From the IMG/VR virus record IMGVR_UViG_3300017992_000618: DNA of 64,000 bases, one strand, 5' to 3'. Shown in pieces: positions 45,899-55,740 of the stretch. The position numbers and the translations under genes were made by a program. Each line of letters starts with the position of its first letter. Within the stretch, counting starts at the first letter, position 1. The notes under the pieces were generated by a model, which was given only the letters and a program-made list of their open reading frames with translations, had not been told where the DNA came from and searched no databases. The DNA comes from an uncultured virus (IMG/VR IMGVR_UViG_3300017992_000618) (Duplodnaviria > Heunggongvirae > Uroviricota > Caudoviricetes).

Positions 45899-48800
45899 TT
45901 AATTTTCTCCCGAATAGCCGATCTCTCATACGCTTTTTCATTTTATCCTCCTCAGATTCTTGAGCAGGTTTGTCTTCACCATTAAAGATGGTGTCGACAC
46001 AGGCACATAAAGAGACACAGGCATCCTTCACATTTTCATCATTTAACTTACTCAATTCTCTTTCCTCTAATATTTCATCCAGTTTATTCCTAACCAGCTC
46101 CGCTTTGCCGGAGACTGCCCACTTAAACATCCGACTTGGGATGTCAACTGCTGGTGCTTCAAGGAGATCTAATAGTTTACACCCCTCAAGCTTACACCTA
46201 CTAGCATAGTAGATTAGGTTTTGTTCTCTGACTATTCTTGAAATAATATTTGACCATCCATTTTCCTTGGCAAGCTCATGATATCTAACCAAATCAAACT
46301 GGGGCCTCGAAAGCTCTTTGGCTTTTCTTCTGATAGTATCACATATGATGGTACTGATATGTTCATTGAATCCTACCTTTACTAGACGACGTACATCACC
46401 GGTACAGGTGGCATCTATGACTATCTCATGGAGTGATTGTCCACCATGTTTCTGTTCGAAGACTGATTGTGCAGCCTTCTCCATAAACATCTCGACTCCC
46501 ACTTCCAGTTTCTTATTCATTTCCAAACCAGAATTCTCCATGATCCTCATGAGATTGTATGTGAGAGCAATTACTGGTCCAGTCTGAGCTTTGACACCAG
46601 TATTCTTCTCTATTATCTCAGCATGACGCTCATTAGTCAGGTCTGCGAATGGTTGTACATTATAGTCAGCAAGCCTCATACATTTAATATGTGGCGCACC
46701 TTTGCGAGCGTTTAGACGTTTGATCTCATCATAACATGTCTTGTTTGGATTGTTGAACTCTTTTCTCAGTATATCGATAGCCTCTATTGTATGGAACGAT
46801 GCAAGGAATAGAGTATCACCATCGAAATCCAGATTCTGAGACACTAGTGAGTTGCCGGATACTCTGATAGTATACTGAGCCATTGGGTCATCTGTTATCT
46901 TGACCTTCTGTGGTCTCACTGATACGAATCCCAGACATGGAAACCGTTCAGCTAGTACAATATCACCATTGGACACCATCAATGTCTCAGCCATGTGCCG
47001 TGGTATTTCTACAGTGTTCTTATCCAATCCATTGGATAGTGTAGCCACTGCTTTGACAGCGAATGGGTATCGTACAGACATCGCATTACAACTGATATCA
47101 CCACGTTTAGAACCCAAGATGTCAGCTATCCTTCTGAAATAGGTACCAATTGCATTGTATAGTAGTGTAGTATTAGCAGCCTCCTCAGGGTTGTTCATGT
47201 ACCTATGGGATAGTGCTACTATATTATTTACTAGTACTCCTATGTCATTGAGTCCGACCTTACCTGTGCTGTGTCTCCAACACTTACGAAGGAAAGCACT
47301 TGGTATGTAGATCTTATCAGTAGTATAGAAGTCCGCGATAGATAACATAGCTGGGGTTATTACTTGCATAGGTATACCCTCACTTGCTACTTCCTGTTCC
47401 TCTTTATCCCATATAGTTTGATAAGCTACTGGTAGTTGCATAATAAACCCATCAGCCTGATAGCAGTCATCTACTACTGTATCCTTTATTGTAGAACGAG
47501 ACACTATAGTCCCATTCGTTTGATCGAGGGGAGTGATGTCGGCAACATTGATTACCGGCACATCGTTAGGCAATATTCCTTTCTTTGAGCGAAGAACGGT
47601 CAGTTCCTCGTGCAGGTTTTCAGTACCCTGCATATAAGACATGATCTCATTGATTATAGGATTGCCTTTGCCGAATCTGGTCTCAAGTGATCTGAATTCA
47701 ATGGTAGAGAACTTAAGGCCAGCTGTTCTCAGCTCTTTCCCATTGGTTTTAATGGTGGCATTTTCCTTCCAGAGCTGGTACTCTGGATGATTTATGACAC
47801 CCCAGAACACTTTCCCACATATACCAGTCAACTTGCCGACATATGTTTCACACTCCCATGAGGCGTCCTCTTTAAATCCATGGGACACCATAGCCGCTTG
47901 CACCTCAGCCACAGGCTGCTGAAAGTCATCAGTTACAACCAGGCCTTGATTGTCCGTGATGTTATTGACCATAGCTTCCAGTAGCTGGCCAAAATTCTTT
48001 CTCTTGCCGATTGACTTCGCTGATACAATGACATCTATTTTCACCAATTCACCAGTGCGGGGGTCCTTGGCATGTCCGAGCGGCTTTAGTCTAATAACAC
48101 CTTTATTACCATGAAAATTGGTAATCTTTGTACCATCACGCAGTTTCAACTTATAGGTAACGATGACATTGTGGACAAGTACTGGTAGCCCACCTATATT
48201 TGTGAAAGACGGGCTTATTCTCTCCACCGTAGCTGAGTCTGCAATGGTATCAAATTTCTGAATACCACCATCAGTATTTCTGCTTAGAATGTCCCCATAT
48301 TTCAGCTTATCGCCCTGTTTCACAGACAACTCACCAAAGCACTGAAGTCTGCGATGATGTGTGATGAACTTATCCTTGTGAGATTCATCTACTACAATCT
48401 GGTCCTCGAAGTTGTCAGGAATGTCAGCGAACAAAGTAAACCAGTTCCAACCTGTTCTCTCGACACCCTGCTCTATGAGTTTCTCCATAGATTCTGATCT
48501 AATGAGTGGTTTTTCATCACCCTGCATACCCAATGTGGAATACAGATTCCTCTGTGGGTTGTGCCATTTCAGTCCAAAGGGTGTATACTTCCTGATGTCA
48601 TCAGTAAGTATGTAGTTCTTGTCTGCTAAAACACCATCAGACAGACCTAGAGCTGTCCAACCTCTGTCGAAATACTTCTTAGCTTTCTCGATCTGATATT
48701 CAAGTCTCTCTTTTGGACTAGACAATTCGTCGAACAGCGGATCGATAAATATGAGACGACGATTCATAAGCCAGCTATTCATGAATGTCTTGTGCAACGG

Positions 48801-49265
48801 CATCTTACTAACTAATTCATTGACTGCACGTTGCATACTGTAAATGATAGTAGCAGTGTTCTCGTTCTGGAATGAGTAAATAACCCTTTGAAGAAACGGA
48901 GTCTTCTTTACAAAAGACCGAGAAACTATGCCTGTAGGATCACCACATATAATATAATACATGATATTCCAATAGTCAAGTGTTCCGCCGGTGCTTTCTA
49001 CAAAATAATTGCAGAGGGATCTGCGAACTTCATGTTGATCTACAAATAATACACCGTTTTCCTCTACTGGAAGAGGAACTGTTACAGAATGTGTTTCCTT
49101 ACCGTTTGTGAATGTTAACCACAGATTGTTATCTACTACACTAGGCAACAGTTTTATATCACAGGTACCGCCGCACTTCTGGATCTCTGCTGTTGCTCTT
49201 GCGTAAAAATAACTCTCAACTCTGCTCTGCAACCACTGGTTTTTGCTGGCCAAGTTATCTAGCAT
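45864..49265 (-). CDS. Single-chain two-barrel DNA-dependent RNA polymerase (beta-beta' fusion)
   Basis: Beta-like: [23 protein letters not shown], DVIV....[21 protein letters not shown]. Beta'-like: LGSKRG...SVRY, AERFPCL, NLDFDGD (DFDGD at 46829-46815). Bridge-helix-like and trigger-loop-like segments follow. Confidence 0.9.
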   Translation of the reverse strand: [1133 protein letters not shown]

Positions 49266-49298
49266 ACATGCTCCTTTTCTGATGGTAGTGGTTAATAG

Positions 49299-50204
49299 TT
49301 ACTTATCCCCCTTTGTCTCTTGATTATCCCCCAACAACCCCAAAGTCCTGTGAGAGAGACCCCGTATGTGGTGGCCGGTGATAACTGTGTTGTTCATCTT
49401 AACTTTGTTTACATCTTTGGTTGGTATATTTATAATAGTTTTTATACTATTATTATAATACATTGTCACTAGTGAAGTAAATACCTCTTCATTGCCAACT
49501 CTCCGCTTGCCCGATATAAAGTGTTTCATACTGTTTACTGTTTGTCCGGCATATTTTCTTGAGGTTATAGATATCATACTCATCAATCTTTTTATGAGTC
49601 TTGTTTTAAATCCATGATCATTGTCTCTTATCATCTCAAGGTATTCTAAACGTTTGTTCTTGCTACGTGCCATGCTTCTTATATGTCCGATGAAATCATC
49701 TGAATTTAGATCAGCAAATTTCTTATAGTGAGCATCTAATCTGTCGAGGTTTATAGTGTATCCTATAAGACCTGACATCATGACCGCATGGAACCAAGAA
49801 TCAAATTCTTCTCGATCTTTTTGCATGTCTATACCAGAACTCATGACTGGATGGGCTACTACAATCGGAGTGCCAAAATCCACATCACATTCATGACACA
49901 AAGATTCCTGGCTATTTTTTATCACCTTATTTATGTGTCTATCAACCTTTTCAGTGGTGATTTTAGAATTCATTACGATTGGAAAGATATTAATAAACCC
50001 TCTTCTTTCCAGCCTACCTTTGGGTTTCTCAAAACCATATCTCGTGAACAAAGCACTACAATATGTAACTACAGCATTGCAACTGTGTGAGAAAATAGTC
50101 TGCTGTGATTCAATCAGATTGCACAAACTACCCTGCTTGATACCAGTAGCCTTTTTCTTGACAGAGCTTTCAACAATCACGAGTTTCGTGCCAGGTAGAA
50201 ACAT
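49299..50204 (-). CDS. Hypothetical protein (possible paralog of 50258)
   Basis: GGAGG RBS; TRYG..K..RLE....FPI. Confidence 0.65.
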   Translation of the reverse strand: MFLPGTKLVIVESSVKKKATGIKQGSLCNLIESQQTIFSHSCNAVVTYCSALFTRYGFEKPKGRLERRGFINIFPIVMNSKITTEKVDRHINKVIKNSQESLCHECDVDFGTPIVVAHPVMSSGIDMQKDREEFDSWFHAVMMSGLIGYTINLDRLDAHYKKFADLNSDDFIGHIRSMARSKNKRLEYLEMIRDNDHGFKTRLIKRLMSMISITSRKYAGQTVNSMKHFISGKRRVGNEEVFTSLVTMYYNNSIKTIINIPTKDVNKVKMNNTVITGHHIRGLSHRTLGLLGDNQETKGDK

Positions 50205-50240
50205 TTTTCCTCCGAACAAAATTTATTTTTTTAATCCTTA

Positions 50241-50262
50241 AAACCTTTCGACCATGATCAGA
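50241..50262 (-). repeat. Repeated 22-bp intergenic motif, copy 2
   Basis: See 34429-34450. Confidence 0.6.
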
Positions 50263-51055
50263 ATAACTTTGATGCAGATTTATTTTTATTAGCACGTTGC
50301 ATATTAATCAGCTGAGAAATTTTCTTATATTTCTTTTCATGATATATCCTAGCATCACCAGCCTCTTTTTTGTCAGCACCAAACGCTTTGAGGTTTTTAT
50401 TGATATGCATAATCGCCTCTAATTCTGCCTTGGCGACTCTCTGTTTGTATGATACATGACATTGAGTTAGTGCGCTAGATATATGTCTCATTTTGCGAAT
50501 GAATTTATCACGAGCTTCACCATCTGTATAATGATTGTAAGTATTCTGACGTTGTTCTTCATCAAAATGTTGGCTGTTCATATAATTGTCCATTGAATTC
50601 ATTACATTCATTACATGCTTTTTATCTTTCGGCCACATCCTGAATCCATTGGTAGTCTTGCGTAGTTGGCTAAGGTATTTTGCATGACAACATGACCAAG
50701 CTAAGAAGTCATGTCCGTCCATGTTTAATGCATGGCTGAACACCAAAGGCAGAGTTTCTGTCATTACGAAATAACGCCTGTCAAGAGGTGGCATAAATTC
50801 TTTCTTCTTCGAAAGGTCAATCAAGTTTGGTGTATTGAATATCGGAAAAGATATTTCATTAAAATCTAACCGCTGTTTTCCGCCCTTTCCACGACGTACT
50901 GTAACAACGAAGAAATATACTACATTAGGGTAGTCAAGGTCTACACCTTTTACATATGACAATAGACCAAGTGTTCCCGGCTTGTAGACATTATCTTCCG
51001 ACTCTTTAGAAACTGTATAGGGTGCACCACACCCTCTTATATTACTTTGCAGCAT
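50258..51055 (-). CDS. Hypothetical protein (possible paralog of 49299)
   Basis: VRRGKGGKQRLD....FPI. Confidence 0.65.
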   Translation of the reverse strand: MLQSNIRGCGAPYTVSKESEDNVYKPGTLGLLSYVKGVDLDYPNVVYFFVVTVRRGKGGKQRLDFNEISFPIFNTPNLIDLSKKKEFMPPLDRRYFVMTETLPLVFSHALNMDGHDFLAWSCCHAKYLSQLRKTTNGFRMWPKDKKHVMNVMNSMDNYMNSQHFDEEQRQNTYNHYTDGEARDKFIRKMRHISSALTQCHVSYKQRVAKAELEAIMHINKNLKAFGADKKEAGDARIYHEKKYKKISQLINMQRANKNKSASKLF

Positions 51056-51437
51056 TGTCTACCTCTTTTACAAATAAACATTCATCATTTTCAGTATTTA
51101 CGACTATCTCATCCTCACCGTCACCTGTTTTACCACCTATAGATTCATAAGACATCAAGCCGATCCTATCTGATACATAGAGAGTTTTAAGTGGTACTGA
51201 TTTTTCATTCTTGGATTTCACTGTCATAACCAAGCGCATATCTTTGATGTCGGCATCTTTTAAACCCATCAAATCTGCCAACGGTGTGGTTTCTTTGGTG
51301 TAAAGTTTATTTGCGGTTGTTTTATCATCTATGAGTTTAGCAAACTCTTCAGAAGTAATCAACCCCAACAAACGACCCTCGTATTTGAGATCTTCCTGTG
51401 TTTGTGTGTATAATTCCAATTGTATCAATGAAGACAT
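51042..51437 (-). CDS. Hypothetical protein
   Basis: GGAGG RBS, tight gene packing. Confidence 0.6.
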   Translation of the reverse strand: MSSLIQLELYTQTQEDLKYEGRLLGLITSEEFAKLIDDKTTANKLYTKETTPLADLMGLKDADIKDMRLVMTVKSKNEKSVPLKTLYVSDRIGLMSYESIGGKTGDGEDEIVVNTENDECLFVKEVDNAAK

Positions 51438-51440
51438 GTT

Positions 51441-51953
51441 TTATCCTCCCGCACTATGTGCTTTGGCAATCTGTTTTACCTCATCTAATATTTTGTGGCC
51501 CGATGCGATGGCCTCATCATCAACATCATCATCAGCAATACCCAATGTGACTTTGATTTCATAACCATATAGTATAAAGATGTCTGATGGATCCCAGATA
51601 TAATATTGACCTTCTGCAACCATATTGGTTATTTTTTCAGCGAGATCATCTATATCATCAACATCGCATTCTTTTATTGCACCCATTCCTTCAGCGGCCA
51701 TTTCATTAGGTATCAAAAGAAACACAGAACGGCGATGTAATTTGCTTGGTAAAACCAAACCGTTTGTTAATACACCGTGAAGAACCTTCACATCTGAGTC
51801 CATTGATGGTGTAAGACTGTTTAAATGCTCGTGGAGTCCCTCAAGTGTTTCACAGATAAACAACTCTTCTGACATATGCATCTCGTCAAAATCATCTTCT
51901 ACACCAGCAACGTAGACTTCTTTTTCCAAGAATTTTCTAATCTCCTGTCCCAT
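51441..51953 (-). CDS. Acidic hypothetical protein
   Basis: ORF packing and RBS. Confidence 0.6.
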   Translation of the reverse strand: MGQEIRKFLEKEVYVAGVEDDFDEMHMSEELFICETLEGLHEHLNSLTPSMDSDVKVLHGVLTNGLVLPSKLHRRSVFLLIPNEMAAEGMGAIKECDVDDIDDLAEKITNMVAEGQYYIWDPSDIFILYGYEIKVTLGIADDDVDDEAIASGHKILDEVKQIAKAHSAGG

Positions 51954-52423
51954 AATAACTCCGTGTCTCCTATGTTCCTAAGAACAGCTACAGTAGCAGT
52001 AGTATATATATTAGACATACCTGGTTCAGCACCTTCGTTAAGTAAATCATTTACAATATCAGACAACGATCTTATCTTGAATTCTTTTGAAGCTACTGAA
52101 GTAAATTTGAACAATTTGAGTGGTTTGACTGAATACACATGTACATGTAATTTTTGAATATCAGCTATTACAGTACATATTTTTGTTAATGAATAACTTT
52201 TATCAAGAGGGCTCATTTTAAATACATGAGCTATTTGTTGCCTGGCAGTCAATTGTGGGTCAGTGTGTGCGTTAGGCAACCATGCATTCAGAGTCAATTC
52301 CCACCGCTCTTTGACAGGATCTTTTATCAGGAGAAACCTATTGACTGGTAGTGACACCATCAATTGGAGATAATGTTCTGTGAACCCAGATCTATGCCTG
52401 TACAGTGCCATTTTGTTCTCCAT
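51899..52423 (-). CDS. Hypothetical protein
   Basis: ORF packing. Confidence 0.55.
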   Translation of the reverse strand: MENKMALYRHRSGFTEHYLQLMVSLPVNRFLLIKDPVKERWELTLNAWLPNAHTDPQLTARQQIAHVFKMSPLDKSYSLTKICTVIADIQKLHVHVYSVKPLKLFKFTSVASKEFKIRSLSDIVNDLLNEGAEPGMSNIYTTATVAVLRNIGDTELLWDRRLENSWKKKSTLLV

Positions 52424-53093
52424 ATCTGAATTCTTTTACAAATTCATCGGCTCCCATTTCAAGGAACGTTGTCAGGCCGGCATTGAAGAAGATGTAGCCG
52501 GTAGAATCCTCAGACATCATTTCAGGGTGATATTGGACGGCGAATATGTTGTACTTAGGAATCACCATCGCCTCTATCTCCTTACCATCATAATTGATGT
52601 GATGATCTTGGAATCCTATATATTTCTTCGATAGCTGGACAGTAGACCATCCAATGATAACAGCATCATCAGGTGGAATGACAGCCTGATGGTGCAGGCT
52701 GTTAACTAATATAGGCGCCTCTTGGATAGTGGTGGTCATAAGATGTGACTTACCTACTGAATGACCATCCAAATGATGAATGAGCTTGCCGCCAGCCATC
52801 ACATTTAAGAATTGAATCCCACGACATATACCTGCCATAGCGATGTTATTTGCATAGGCTAGCTTGAAAACATTCTGCTCAACCTTATCACGCAGTTCAT
52901 TGTTATGGCAGTAGCCCTTGGGTGAAGCATCATCATACAATTCAGGTGATACATCCTCCCCACCAGTGAACAGAACACATCTGAAATCTGTTGGTTTGTG
53001 TAGAAATTCCGTCATGTCTGTAACTACAGGGCCGATGTCCTTTACAGCACTGGCATATGATTCACCATTGAGTACAAGTATTTTATCCGACAT
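52392..53093 (-). CDS. Class I glutamine amidotransferase-like peptidase C26 (PuuD-like gamma-glutamyl hydrolase)
   Basis: FTGGEDVSP.LY, RD..E, GICRGIQ.LNV..GG.L, VNSLHHQ, VQYHPE. Confidence 0.92.
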   Translation of the reverse strand: MSDKILVLNGESYASAVKDIGPVVTDMTEFLHKPTDFRCVLFTGGEDVSPELYDDASPKGYCHNNELRDKVEQNVFKLAYANNIAMAGICRGIQFLNVMAGGKLIHHLDGHSVGKSHLMTTTIQEAPILVNSLHHQAVIPPDDAVIIGWSTVQLSKKYIGFQDHHINYDGKEIEAMVIPKYNIFAVQYHPEMMSEDSTGYIFFNAGLTTFLEMGADEFVKEFRYGEQNGTVQA

Positions 53094-53367
53094 TCTCTTC
53101 ACCTCCGTCCGGCAGTTCTGGCACATCATCCTTCTTTTTATCTTTTTCAGGATCAACCACAACTATCTCGGCATATCTGTCATTGATAAGCTGTACGATA
53201 TCCATGCCTTCGAATCTTATTTCGTAGACAGGGAATTGTCCTTGATGTCCGTTGTTATAACAATTCCTGCGATACGTAATTGACTTGACAGGACTTCCAC
53301 CCTCAGATATGGGTGCTCCAGCCTCATACCTTGCACCTGTATTTGTAACTACTGCCAGAATTTTCAT
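53083..53367 (-). CDS. Hypothetical protein
   Basis: AAGGAGG RBS. Confidence 0.6.
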   Translation of the reverse strand: MKILAVVTNTGARYEAGAPISEGGSPVKSITYRRNCYNNGHQGQFPVYEIRFEGMDIVQLINDRYAEIVVVDPEKDKKKDDVPELPDGGEENVG

Positions 53368-53376
53368 CTCGCCTCC

Positions 53377-53760
53377 TTATATTTCCCATACTCCGTTTTT
53401 AACTTCCTTGAGCCCCTCTGTTGGTTGATTGAAGAAATATGCAAAGACCTCAACCTCACCATCCTCAGTCTCCGCCTTTACCACCTTACGTTTATAAAGA
53501 CTACGGTCTGGGTTGTGTCTGACGTACCCTTCAATAGAATCCATGGCACTGATGACATCATCCATGTGTTTATATTCATGGACTTCACCATGTACAACAC
53601 CATCGCCTTCCACCAGGCCAGGATAAAAACCATTTACATCCATCAATTTACCAACCATGGTGGCTTTCATGGTGCTTACACGGACTTTATCAAATCCTTG
53701 TGCGAAATGACCGCCCTCTTTTAGTGTTCCATATACAAACACTTTGTTAATCTTTGCCAT
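53377..53760 (-). CDS. Gamma-glutamylcyclotransferase (AIG2-like)
   Basis: VFVYGTLK.G, YPGL, V.GEV, D..EG, Y.R. Confidence 0.92.
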   Translation of the reverse strand: MAKINKVFVYGTLKEGGHFAQGFDKVRVSTMKATMVGKLMDVNGFYPGLVEGDGVVHGEVHEYKHMDDVISAMDSIEGYVRHNPDRSLYKRKVVKAETEDGEVEVFAYFFNQPTEGLKEVKNGVWEI

Positions 53761-54747
53761 TTACATTTCCCTCCACTTTCTAGGTTTTGCTCCATACATC
53801 TCACGGAGACGTTCTTTCTTAGCTTCTGAACCATCCTCATCATCGTCGGATATCATATATTTTCTACGAAACTCCTCGGAAGGAATAACATCAGAAGATA
53901 TTCTACCATAGTTTGCACCCTTCACCCACTCACCTCTTTTCTCTCCTGGAACATAATGTTCAGGCACAGGATCAGTTGGCTCCGGCCACGTTTGTACTGG
54001 GGTTGCGGCCACTACCCTTTCTTCTGCTGTGCTTAGATCACCAGTGATCTTGATCTTACCTTTGGACTTGGCAGAAGATGCCGACTTGGCTTTTTTTAGC
54101 CGAGCACTTTTAGGTTTCTTTTTACGCTCCAACCTCTTCGCCTCTTTGAGATCAAGCTTGTTTACCCAACCTCTTTTCTCAAGTTTAGCCGCTCTTTGTA
54201 GTAATGATTCAAGATGTGGATGATCCATATCCTTATTAAGTCTAAGGATACCTTTCAAACAATCATCATGTGCGCCTTCCACTACCTCATAGACTCTGCC
54301 GTTGATGTCTATAATAACACCACAGCATATTATGTCTACATTTCGCGGAACGTGAAGGGTTGCCTCTTTTCTAGAGGATTTATGATCAGACGAACAGATT
54401 AGTTGAGCACAAGCGCCATTGATGCCTTCAAATTCCACAACATTATTGATAGGCATCTTTCTCTTTCCATACCTATCAGTTTTTTGAGGAACACCTGGCA
54501 TCTTTTGTACTTGTTTCCATCTGGCGCTGCGGATAAAGGATTGATGTATATTTTCGAACTCTCTAGGCGCCGCTGATATGTCAAGGTCTCCGACCAATGG
54601 TTTGCCAGCAAGAGCATCTCTGACAGCACCGCCATATATGACAGCATTGTCAGTTAATAATTCGAATGCAGCATCAAACCGTTCAATTATAATTTCGCTG
54701 ACCCAGTCAACGTTTAAAATCTCCTTTTTATATCCTACTTTAAACAT
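53761..54747 (-). CDS. Pol-beta-superfamily nucleotidyltransferase (CCA/PAP head-like domain)
   Basis: IYGGAVRDAL.G....DLDI; R..KL.KRGW. Confidence 0.7.
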   Translation of the reverse strand: MFKVGYKKEILNVDWVSEIIIERFDAAFELLTDNAVIYGGAVRDALAGKPLVGDLDISAAPREFENIHQSFIRSARWKQVQKMPGVPQKTDRYGKRKMPINNVVEFEGINGACAQLICSSDHKSSRKEATLHVPRNVDIICCGVIIDINGRVYEVVEGAHDDCLKGILRLNKDMDHPHLESLLQRAAKLEKRGWVNKLDLKEAKRLERKKKPKSARLKKAKSASSAKSKGKIKITGDLSTAEERVVAATPVQTWPEPTDPVPEHYVPGEKRGEWVKGANYGRISSDVIPSEEFRRKYMISDDDEDGSEAKKERLREMYGAKPRKWREM

Positions 54748-54992
54748 TGTTTGACCTTATCGTTTATAGTTATGGATGTTATTTCCTCTTCAGGAAAAGT
54801 TTGTTTTGCTACTTCACTGGCAGCCAACATTACCCATTCAAGATAAGAGCGTTTCGTCTTATCATTGTAGTGCTTTTTATATGATTTAATGAATTTCGAC
54901 AGCTGCCTGATTGAAAAAGACATAGACGAGGTGCTGCCTTTATGAAGCGCTACCTTGACCTGCCACAGCCTTCTGCTCGTGTTCGTTGTCAT
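54735..54992 (-). CDS. Hypothetical protein
   Basis: Fills the gap between flanking genes. Confidence 0.45.
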   Translation of the reverse strand: MTTNTSRRLWQVKVALHKGSTSSMSFSIRQLSKFIKSYKKHYNDKTKRSYLEWVMLAASEVAKQTFPEEEITSITINDKVKQCLK

Positions 54993-55740
54993 CTTTAGCC
55001 CTCTTTGGTGAGAAAAAGCCTCTCAACAGAGCTGTATCGTTCAGCTCTTCAGGATGCCATTGAACCGCAAGAATCCTGCTCGGCCAGGTTTTGATCGCAA
55101 ATGCCTCAATCATTACCTCTTTGTCTTTCTTGTCGAACCCACGCTCCGTCCACGCCAAGACATCAAGATCTTTCTTCAAGACACTTGGTGCCTTTCCTTG
55201 TGTACTCAAGGCAAGACACTGGTGATGCATGCTGTTTACTGGGATTCTTCGTATCTTCTTTCCAGATCTTCCGTACAAACCCATCACATTCGCGTCAACG
55301 AAGTGACTTGGAATATCACGAACAAGGCTCAATCCATTTGTCTGACTGTGGGATGATACATTCTGATAGAAAGTAAACCAGTCATTAAATGCATCCTCTT
55401 TCATGGACATTAGGAATTCACGAATAATTAGTTGGAAACCACGGCAGATACCGAAAACTGGTTTCTTCATGGCTACGAATTCGTGTAGCAAGGAACGCTC
55501 GAACTCATCTTTATCAGGATCGGTTGAATAAGACGCGATGTTGTCTTCACCATAATATATGGGATCGATATCAATTCCGCCAGGCAGTAATAGGCCATCG
55601 CAGAATTTTGATGCATCTACCACGTTTTCTGGTGTGGTAATGATTGGCATATAACCGGCCTCGATAACATATTTGGCATAAGCCTGATTGACGAAGTACT
55701 GCGTTTTACTTTTACTCGCGGGCAAACAAATCTTTTTCAT
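54940..55740 (-). CDS. Class I glutamine amidotransferase-like peptidase C26
   Basis: DGLLLPGGIDIDP..YG, D.FE, PVFGICRGFQ, VNSMHHQ, AVQWHPE. Confidence 0.92.
   Translation of the reverse strand: MKKICLPASKSKTQYFVNQAYAKYVIEAGYMPIITTPENVVDASKFCDGLLLPGGIDIDPIYYGEDNIASYSTDPDKDEFERSLLHEFVAMKKPVFGICRGFQLIIREFLMSMKEDAFNDWFTFYQNVSSHSQTNGLSLVRDIPSHFVDANVMGLYGRSGKKIRRIPVNSMHHQCLALSTQGKAPSVLKKDLDVLAWTERGFDKKDKEVMIEAFAIKTWPSRILAVQWHPEELNDTALLRGFFSPKRAKDDNEHEQKAVAGQGSAS

Noticed and set aside
45864..49265. Intein or intron in the RNAP or helicase genes
   Set aside because: No intein C1/HN splice motifs or LAGLIDADG blocks were seen, and the reading frames are continuous
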